From the IMG/VR virus record IMGVR_UViG_3300028888_000064, positions 32,001-96,000 of that record: a stretch of 64,000 nt of DNA. One strand, 5' to 3'. The number at the start of each line of letters is the position of its first letter. Within the stretch, counting starts at the first letter, position 1. The position numbers were made by a program, and so were the translations under genes. Positions 9,244-16,307 of this stretch are shown here, piece by piece. The DNA comes from a virus. Lineage: Duplodnaviria > Caudoviricetes. The notes beneath the pieces were generated by a model, which worked only from the letters and a program-made list of their open reading frames with translations, made no database searches and was not told where the DNA came from.

Positions 9244-11109
9244 ATGGAGCCATTTATAAATCAATATGATCCGACTGCATATGTAGACCTAACATCAGTT
9301 TCGTTAGAACAGCAATATTCAAAATTAACTGAACAAGAAAAATTATTAATATTCTGCAAAATAAATGGATATAACAGAATACCTCCTAGTATACAAAGAT
9401 TATACTCTGATGAATATTACTTAGGGGGTTCTGCTTTTTTTGACGGTGGTGATAATATTTATCAATTTTGGAAAGACAGTTTACCTATGATTTTTCCAAA
9501 TGAAGTAACGACTGCAAAGCCATTTCTTATACTTAGTGGAGCAATCGGTATTGGTAAATCTACGATCTCCAGATTGTGCTTGGCCATGACGTACGCAAGA
9601 ATGTTATGTATGTCCAACCCAAGTAGAACATTAAAGCTCACACCTAAACCTTTTTCTGCTGTTATTTATCACAGAGATGAAGAAGTTGCTAGAAAAGAGT
9701 TTAAATATTGGTTTACACAGGAAGTATTAGTTAAGTCACCGTTTTTCAAAAATACAAGAGGCAATTTCAAATTTAACGTTTTAACTTCAGGTCCTCTATC
9801 AGCTGCTGGTCTAGGTAGTGATGTAATCGTCTACATTATCAGTGAGGTTAACTTTTTCCCAAATCAGGAAAAAGCTCAAGGTATAGTAGAAACAGCTTAT
9901 GGTCGTTTTACTAGCCGTTTTGATAGAGGTGCTATGACTAAAGTAGGAAATCTTATCATAGACTCTTCCGCAAAGGGAGATAGTTCTGTGACGGAGTGGT
10001 TCCTAGATAATACACCTAAAGACCTAACGTGGAATTGTCATCCAACACATTTTGCAGTAAAACCAGATGCATATAAAGAGTCTAGGGGAAGAACATTTTC
10101 TGTTTATATAGGCGATGGTAAATATCCCCCACAGATCCTTCCCGAGGATTATAGACTCTTAGAAGACCAAGACCCAGAGAGAGTACTGAAAATTCCCTTT
10201 CAGCTTTATGTAGAAGCTAAGCAGAACTTGGAAAAAATGCTCCAAGATAAGTGTGGAATTTCGACGGGAGCATCAGACTCTTTCTTCAGAACATTAGAGC
10301 ACTTTATTAATTGTACAAAAGGCCGCCAAAACTTTGTACCAGAGGTTATCTGTGTAGATTTTTATGATAAAACTGATAGACTTATAGATAAGATTGGTAG
10401 TGCCTTGAGGGGAATTAAGTTTGGTACCTCTATATGGATTGGTCTTGACCTAGCCACAAACAGTGACTTCGCAGGAATTAGTGCAGTAACCTTTGATAGC
10501 TGGGAAGTTATCGATAAAGTTAGGTTACCTAGGGTAAAATGTTTATTTGCCTTAGCAGTATCTAGAAAAGAAGGGCAAGAGACAAGTTTATATCACATTT
10601 TTGACTTAATAATGTCTCTTAAGAAGAATTATCACCTCATAGTATCTGCTGACCAAGCTTTTTCTAAACAAATACTACAGGATTGTGAGAGAGAAGGAAT
10701 AGTTACTAATGGTAGGATTAGTACAGATAATGTTCCTTGTGAACCTGCACTCTACTTGAAGAACTTAATTATGCAAGAGCTCATCAGTATTCCCTACAAC
10801 AGAAGACTAATGAGAGAAATTCATGACTTACGATATGTATCAACTAAGAGAGGTCTTAAAGTAGATCACCCTAAGAAAGCTACCTATAACCCAACAGTTT
10901 TTGATGATAATAATGGAGTAGGTTCTAAGGACGTCTGGGATTCTCTTTGTTCTGCATGTTATAGTCTGAAAATGTCAATTGATGCCGGAGAAGAAGGTGG
11001 TTATTCTAGTGGTATTGATAAACAATTAGAGATTGTTAAACATATGACGAGGAGTGCTGCCTCTGAATCAGGACAGATAGTTCAGAATATGTTAGAGAGT
11101 ATATTTTAA
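9244..11109 (+). CDS. terL: Terminase large subunit
   Basis: Walker A SGAIGIGKS, Walker B-like YIISE, motif III DSSA, RNase H-like IGLDLA, and C-terminal KVDHP...SKDVWDS. Likely start MEPF at 9244 (ORF track starts at TTG 9178). Confidence 0.9.
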   Translation: MEPFINQYDPTAYVDLTSVSLEQQYSKLTEQEKLLIFCKINGYNRIPPSIQRLYSDEYYLGGSAFFDGGDNIYQFWKDSLPMIFPNEVTTAKPFLILSGAIGIGKSTISRLCLAMTYARMLCMSNPSRTLKLTPKPFSAVIYHRDEEVARKEFKYWFTQEVLVKSPFFKNTRGNFKFNVLTSGPLSAAGLGSDVIVYIISEVNFFPNQEKAQGIVETAYGRFTSRFDRGAMTKVGNLIIDSSAKGDSSVTEWFLDNTPKDLTWNCHPTHFAVKPDAYKESRGRTFSVYIGDGKYPPQILPEDYRLLEDQDPERVLKIPFQLYVEAKQNLEKMLQDKCGISTGASDSFFRTLEHFINCTKGRQNFVPEVICVDFYDKTDRLIDKIGSALRGIKFGTSIWIGLDLATNSDFAGISAVTFDSWEVIDKVRLPRVKCLFALAVSRKEGQETSLYHIFDLIMSLKKNYHLIVSADQAFSKQILQDCEREGIVTNGRISTDNVPCEPALYLKNLIMQELISIPYNRRLMREIHDLRYVSTKRGLKVDHPKKATYNPTVFDDNNGVGSKDVWDSLCSACYSLKMSIDAGEEGGYSSGIDKQLEIVKHMTRSAASESGQIVQNMLESIF

Positions 11110-11119
11110 ATTTGTGGCT

Positions 11120-11320
11120 ATGATTATTATCAGAAATAAAACCTTTGCTCAACAGGAGAAAGCTCCACAGTGGATGCTAGATGAGGAAGGAGTGATTCAC
11201 CAGGATACGGATGGATCTTGGAGAATAGTGAATAGAAAAAAAGGCACTCTCTGGAATGCTAAGTATAAGAGTAAAGAATCTGCTCAAGCAGGACTTAGAG
11301 GGTATTTTGCAAATAAGTAG
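11120..11320 (+). CDS. Leader-bearing small protein
   Basis: MIIIRNKTFA leader. Confidence 0.7.
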   Translation: MIIIRNKTFAQQEKAPQWMLDEEGVIHQDTDGSWRIVNRKKGTLWNAKYKSKESAQAGLRGYFANK

Positions 11321-11329
11321 TAGTTTATT

Positions 11330-11527
11330 ATGATAGTCCTAAGACAAAAACAATATAGTTTTATTAAAAAGAGTTTATATAATAGACTACTAGAAAGAAC
11401 GAATAAGCAACTTCGTAATATTCAGGAGCTATCTAGGAATAAATTTGTTGTAGTTACTAATAAGGGTAGACAAATTTTTGAAAAAGCTAAAAGAGCTAGG
11501 TTTAGATTCCTGAATATGTTGAAGTAA
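11330..11527 (+). CDS. Leader-bearing small basic protein
   Basis: MIVLRQKQYS leader; K/R-rich. Confidence 0.7.
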   Translation: MIVLRQKQYSFIKKSLYNRLLERTNKQLRNIQELSRNKFVVVTNKGRQIFEKAKRARFRFLNMLK

Positions 11528-11544
11528 ACGATTTTAGTAAAAAT

Positions 11545-12006
11545 ATGATAATTATTAGACAAAAAGAATTTGCTAGGGCAATTCCTAAGGAATTAGTTGT
11601 AAAAGAGCTTGAACGTAGAGGATTGGCGGGAAAAATACATTCACCATTGGGTATTGGTATACCAAAATACATATCGAGGGACTTTAAAACTGTAAAAAAT
11701 CCTAGTTACGTTAAAGAAACTGAAGCAGCTTGGCAGAAATGGCAGAATCAGGGCAAGAGTTGGTCTACTGGAAAGTATAAAGACCTTGGCGTTAATCAAA
11801 GAATTAATCTTAAGGGAACTCTTGAAAACACTGGATTTGATAAATATACTACAAATCTTAAAACTGGTGGTAGAATCCCTTGGAAAAATAAAAAAGTATC
11901 GGCACGTAATGGAGTAGTAGATCACCCATCTAAGTTAATAGATGGTGATTCTGCTATTAAAGTAGCTTCAGGACATACATGGAACATTAGAGATTTCCAT
12001 CATTAA
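11545..12006 (+). CDS. Leader-bearing basic protein
   Basis: MIIIRQKEFA leader. Confidence 0.7.
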   Translation: MIIIRQKEFARAIPKELVVKELERRGLAGKIHSPLGIGIPKYISRDFKTVKNPSYVKETEAAWQKWQNQGKSWSTGKYKDLGVNQRINLKGTLENTGFDKYTTNLKTGGRIPWKNKKVSARNGVVDHPSKLIDGDSAIKVASGHTWNIRDFHH

Positions 12007-12014
12007 ACCAACAC

Positions 12015-12085
12015 TTAGGGACTAAGAAACCTAAATAAACAATAAACCTCTTACTATTTTAGTAAGAGATACACTAAACAATAAA
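12015..12085 (+). promoter_or_regulatory. Two intergenic hairpins plus TAAACAATAAA repeats
   Basis: TTAGG/CCTAA and CTCTTACT-atttt-AGTAAGAG. TAAACAATAAA occurs at ~12036 and ~12075, and again at ~14143. Confidence 0.4.
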
Positions 12086-12113
12086 CTAAACAATTTAAAA
12101 ACTAATAAGAATT

Positions 12114-12845
12114 ATGTTAATTAAGCGTAATGTATATTTCTCCGCAATTGACGAAGACGGAGAAGAGAGATTGTATTCCACTACTGAAGTAATGGATGAA
12201 CAGGATTACATCGAAAGACTCTATGCAGAAGCAGAAGACGAAGAAGCTGTAGGTGGTAAGAAAGGTCTAAGCTCACTTCAGGCTGCAGGTATTGGTGGTG
12301 CAGCTGCTGCTACTGCTACAGCTGGAGCAGGCGCTGGCTTATATTTTGGTGGTGAGAAGCTCGGAAAACACCTAGAGAAGCGCAGAAAGAAGGCTCTTGA
12401 GAAGTTACAGCAAGAGCGCTCGAACTACTTGGACCGCTATACAGATAAGACTATTGGAAAGACCAACCTAATGCAGTGGGATTCTTCCGCAAATGGTGGA
12501 AAAGGCGGAATGGTAGATAAATCTATGGGCCTAAAGGAGATTGAAGGTAAGATTGCTGCAAAAGGTCAGGCAGGTAAGTTGGAAACTAAGCTGAAGAATA
12601 TTAAGGATTACTTTAAGAATGCGAAGGGTCTTGCTGAAGCTGAGGAGAAGCTTGTTAATTCTCGTAAACTATCAGGTGCTGCTAAGACAGCTGCTGAGCA
12701 GAAAGCAGTCGAGTTGAACAAGGCAGCCAAAGCTCTCGCACGTAATCGTAAGCTTGGTGCTGCTGGTATCGCCCTTGGTACTACAGCTGTCGGTACTGGT
12801 ATTGGCTACGGTATTCATAAATATCGTCATCGCAACGACAACTAA
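12114..12845 (+). CDS. Glycine/alanine-rich virion-type protein with acidic scaffold-like propeptide
   Basis: MLIKRNVYFS...ERLYS...DYIERLYAE (cf. scaffold DYMERLFSD); two Gly/Ala hydrophobic segments. Confidence 0.7.
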   Translation: MLIKRNVYFSAIDEDGEERLYSTTEVMDEQDYIERLYAEAEDEEAVGGKKGLSSLQAAGIGGAAAATATAGAGAGLYFGGEKLGKHLEKRRKKALEKLQQERSNYLDRYTDKTIGKTNLMQWDSSANGGKGGMVDKSMGLKEIEGKIAAKGQAGKLETKLKNIKDYFKNAKGLAEAEEKLVNSRKLSGAAKTAAEQKAVELNKAAKALARNRKLGAAGIALGTTAVGTGIGYGIHKYRHRNDN

Positions 12846-12854
12846 TGATTATAC

Positions 12855-12904
12855 TTCCCAGGTGAACATTACAGGTTCTATGGTTCGATCCAACCTGGGA
12901 ACCA
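12855..12904 (+). ncRNA. tRNA-like three-way-junction element, copy B (ends in CCA)
   Basis: TTCCCAGGT/ACCTGGGAA 9-bp stem; GAAC-attacag-GTTC; TA; TGG-TTCGAT-CCA; then CCA. Confidence 0.65.
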
Positions 12905-12937
12905 ATTAGTTTATAAATCGTAAATAATCAATTTAAT

Positions 12938-13504
12938 ATGATAATATTAAGACAGTACCTCCAAAAAATGTTTGGAATAGGTGATCATGAGTTAGCAAAA
13001 AAGGAGGGATTCAAGAATGTTAAGGACTACCGGTTCTGGCGAAGACGAATGAGTGAATCTGCTTCTCCTATAGATGTATTTATTGAAGGGAAAAATGTTG
13101 CTAACAGTGGACTTGAAAGTGTAGTTAGTAGGAATAGTGAAAGAGCACAGAAGCGTCTTAATACTATTGCAAAAAAACAAGGGTATAGTAGTAAATTCGT
13201 TAAGGATGCCCAAGCAGATCTTCTCAATGAATTTAAATATAATAAGCGTGCATTAGGACTCTCTAATCAAGGTGCATATGATTTAATAAATTCATATGAT
13301 AAAAGGGCTAATGCTGCAATTCAATATGAAAATTTAAAAAGAGAGTTAAAAACTAAAGGTCTTGATAAAATGCAGCAACTGGTGCCAGGTATGTCTAATA
13401 AAGATTTTGCCCAAGCATTAAAAAATAAATGGTTAACACCAAAAGAACGTCAAAATTTAAGTAAAAAGGGATTATCTGCTCTTAAAAAAGTTCGTATTCG
13501 TTAA
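12938..13504 (+). CDS. Leader-bearing basic protein
   Basis: MIILRQYLQKMFG; basic C-terminal tail. Confidence 0.7.
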   Translation: MIILRQYLQKMFGIGDHELAKKEGFKNVKDYRFWRRRMSESASPIDVFIEGKNVANSGLESVVSRNSERAQKRLNTIAKKQGYSSKFVKDAQADLLNEFKYNKRALGLSNQGAYDLINSYDKRANAAIQYENLKRELKTKGLDKMQQLVPGMSNKDFAQALKNKWLTPKERQNLSKKGLSALKKVRIR

Positions 13505-13596
13505 CTTTAGTCTTCAAGAATTTAGTAGTATTAAATTAAAAATATTTCCAATGAGGTGATATTTTATCAAATAAAAAAAACACATATTCTCTTAAT

Positions 13597-13627
13597 GGGG
13601 GGGGGGGGTATGAAAAAAAAAACCCCC
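13597..13627. repeat. Homopolymer cluster G12 / A10 / C5
   Basis: GGGGGGGGGGGG-TATG-AAAAAAAAAA-CCCCC directly upstream of the 13641 gene. Confidence 0.8.
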
Positions 13628-13640
13628 GATATTAAGAGAT

Positions 13641-14066
13641 ATGATAGTTTTGAGACAAAAAATCTTCTTTCAGTCTAGGACTTCTGGAGAATACTTTACA
13701 GGAGCGGATATTAATAAGTCAGTTAAAGAACTCGATCATCAGGGTAGACTTCTTGGTATGTCCGAAGAAGGAATAAAGAGACATAGAGGAAATGCAATTA
13801 AGAATGCTTACGCACTGCATCAGGTAGACCCAATTAATATTCCTCTGGGAAAAACAGAAAGATTTGACGATTGGGTCAATAGAAAGTTAACTGCAAAGAG
13901 AAAGACTTTAGATTGGTTAGAAAATAAGGGCGTAATAAGAAAACTTAACGATCATTTTTGGACGATTCCTGATAAACCTGTGACTACAGCTGCTAAAGTT
14001 GAAAGTAAGGGGTTGGCAAAATCAGGAAAGATTATAAAGCGTGCTAAATCTCTTCTCAGAAAATAA
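13641..14066 (+). CDS. Leader-bearing basic protein
   Basis: MIVLRQKIFF leader; basic tail. Confidence 0.7.
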   Translation: MIVLRQKIFFQSRTSGEYFTGADINKSVKELDHQGRLLGMSEEGIKRHRGNAIKNAYALHQVDPINIPLGKTERFDDWVNRKLTAKRKTLDWLENKGVIRKLNDHFWTIPDKPVTTAAKVESKGLAKSGKIIKRAKSLLRK

Positions 14067-14092
14067 ACTAGCAGTCGCTAATATCAATCCTA

Positions 14093-14141
14093 CCCAAGAC
14101 TCAGTATTAGCTGATATCCTTCGATGGAATCTTGGGAACTA
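14093..14141 (+). ncRNA. tRNA-like three-way-junction element, copy C
   Basis: CCCAAGA/TCTTGGG stem; TCAG-tattag-CTGA; TA; TCC-TTCGAT-GGA; then AACTA. Confidence 0.65.
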
Positions 14142-14166
14142 ATAAACAATAAATTAAAAATAATAT

Positions 14167-15453
14167 ATGGAAGTACGTGTGAGATGTTGTGGTGTTGGAC
14201 CCCAGTCTTTCGCATCAGACGGTTCTCACATAAGTGAAGAGGTAGTTAGACAGTACTTAAACTCAGAAGACTATAGACTTTCTATTGACGGTAAGTTAAC
14301 GATGGGTTATCTTACCCACAGAGGAAGATCGATCGAATTCTTACCTAGCTCTATTGGTAACCCTGGAGTAAAAAAGGTAATTGGTAGAGATGATGCAGGT
14401 CTTTGTGTTGGTGAAAATCTTCCTACTTTTACACACTATGTGAAAGAATTTTACATTGAAGATGTTCCAGGTCAGGGTCCTTGGCTTTGTGCATTGGTAC
14501 ATATTTTTGATGAGAAGGATGGGTTTGATCAAATTGCAACAGAAAATATTAAGCGATTAAAAGCTCTTATTCGGAGTGGTGTTCGTCTTACCTGCTCATT
14601 AGTAGTTCTTGCTTTCTGGTCTTCTGAAAATGGTAATGGAGTAGATGAGTGTAAGAAGATTAAGGCAATTAAGAGTCTGGATTGGACTGTTAATCCTAGC
14701 TTTGGCCCATTAGCTCGTATTACTGAAGTCTACGATGATGACCAACCTATGAAGGATGACCTTATTAAAACTTTCTCTGAGGTAGAAGGAGACAGTGATT
14801 TTATTAAGTCTCAGCCTAATAAGGAAGGTGAAATTAAGGTTAAGGTATACTCAGACCTAAGCAGTTTCGGGGATATGCCAAAAACTTCAAAGATTGGTGG
14901 TAGATTTACTGAATTAAAGGCAAAAGAATTTTCTAGTGTATGTACAATTACAGTAGATTCCTCTTCACCAGCAGTACAGAAAGAATTTACAGTTGCTACT
15001 ATAAAAGAGCGCGTAAGATATGCTAAATTTTCTCCAAGAATGAGATTTAGAAGGTTATTCTTGGAATATAAGCAGTACGTTAAGCAGTCGGGGGGTGCAG
15101 ATAAAATCGATCCTGAGACGCTTAAGATTTTAAAGTCGCTCTTCTTATCTGATATCAATCAGATCTTCACGGGTCTTACTTCAGAAATTATTGCCGGAAA
15201 GCAGATTAATACGCTTATTGGTGCAGCTTCTCTAGGTAAAGGTGTTAGACAGGCAGCTCAAAAATTACAGCTACCTTATAGAATGGCTTTTCAGGAGATG
15301 CAGAAAACTGGTAAGATTACCCCAATGAGATTTGAAAAGATCAAGACTGCTTATACAGAATTTTCCAAGGCAATGGTTGAAGAAGTATTCGGCGAGAGTC
15401 CTATCCCAGAAGGTTTGGAAGAAGAAATTAAAAATGAGGAGGGAAAACAATGA
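14167..15453 (+). CDS. Prohead core (maturation) protease, T4 gp21-like
   Basis: GYLTH (catalytic His, cf. GELxHP), GVRLTCS (Ser, cf. GVSSR) and LDWTVNPSF (cf. DxVxxPS); lies upstream of scaffold and capsid. Confidence 0.75.
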   Translation: MEVRVRCCGVGPQSFASDGSHISEEVVRQYLNSEDYRLSIDGKLTMGYLTHRGRSIEFLPSSIGNPGVKKVIGRDDAGLCVGENLPTFTHYVKEFYIEDVPGQGPWLCALVHIFDEKDGFDQIATENIKRLKALIRSGVRLTCSLVVLAFWSSENGNGVDECKKIKAIKSLDWTVNPSFGPLARITEVYDDDQPMKDDLIKTFSEVEGDSDFIKSQPNKEGEIKVKVYSDLSSFGDMPKTSKIGGRFTELKAKEFSSVCTITVDSSSPAVQKEFTVATIKERVRYAKFSPRMRFRRLFLEYKQYVKQSGGADKIDPETLKILKSLFLSDINQIFTGLTSEIIAGKQINTLIGAASLGKGVRQAAQKLQLPYRMAFQEMQKTGKITPMRFEKIKTAYTEFSKAMVEEVFGESPIPEGLEEEIKNEEGKQ

Positions 15454-16304
15454 AAAGATTAAAGATTTTCTCTAGTCCAGATCGCATTATTTTCCCAAGG
15501 AGGAAAATTTTCTCAGGAGATGCTCCAACAAATGAAGGTGGGATGGTATTAAGAGAGCTGGTTTGTAGAGACTGTGGTACAGTAATTACTTCTTCTCAGC
15601 ATCCAAGTCATGCGATTTGCCCTAATTGTGGAGGTACTCGCCTCGATATTAAGTTCCTATCACCTAGACAAGATACTGAAAGAGATCCGCATAAAGAAGA
15701 GAATATTAAGCCAGAGGAGTATAGAAAGCCTATTTTTGGTGATGCAGAGTATCAAAAGAGTCTTAGGGAATTCAGTGGAAAAACTATTCCAAAGTCTACT
15801 TTTGAAAAAAGATTTTCCGAAACACAGGCAGAGGGCTTAATAGAGAAAGGATTTGCTACAGTTGAAGGTGATTATGTAATTATTGATCCTATCAGCTATG
15901 AAGCAGAGAAGACATTCTCTAAATTGATTATATCAGTAACTAAAACATTAGAGCTTGACCCTGATATAGTTAGTGGAAAGATTGATAGGGGTAGTGTGAT
16001 TGATCATCTAGAGGAAGATCATAGACTACCAGAGAAAGGAATTATGGTTATCAGGAAGGCTCATGGGCTACCACTTGAGAGTCATATGTTCTGCGAGGAT
16101 TCATGGGTAGAAGATTCTGGCATTATTCCAGATCTTGAACTAGAATATAATAATCAAAGTTTTGGCGTAGATCAATTTCTATCGATCCTACATGACCGTT
16201 ATCCAGATGCCCCAGAGAATATTTTAGATATTCTTATAAAAGAGGGTGTTGTTCGATTAGACGGTACTCAAGTAACAATTCAGAGTAATAGTATTAAAAA
16301 CTAA
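15450..16304 (+). CDS. Prohead core-associated protein with zinc ribbon
   Basis: CRDCG...CPNCGG; multiple K/R-x-F-S sites (KIFS x2, REFS, KRFS, KTFS); between protease and scaffold. Confidence 0.55.
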   Translation: MKRLKIFSSPDRIIFPRRKIFSGDAPTNEGGMVLRELVCRDCGTVITSSQHPSHAICPNCGGTRLDIKFLSPRQDTERDPHKEENIKPEEYRKPIFGDAEYQKSLREFSGKTIPKSTFEKRFSETQAEGLIEKGFATVEGDYVIIDPISYEAEKTFSKLIISVTKTLELDPDIVSGKIDRGSVIDHLEEDHRLPEKGIMVIRKAHGLPLESHMFCEDSWVEDSGIIPDLELEYNNQSFGVDQFLSILHDRYPDAPENILDILIKEGVVRLDGTQVTIQSNSIKN

Positions 16305-16307
16305 AAT

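Noticed and set aside
12855-12904. A genuine tRNA gene (GGTTCGATCC...ACCA)
   Set aside because: Only ~50 nt with two arms and no full cloverleaf or anticodon arm; reported instead as a tRNA-like element.
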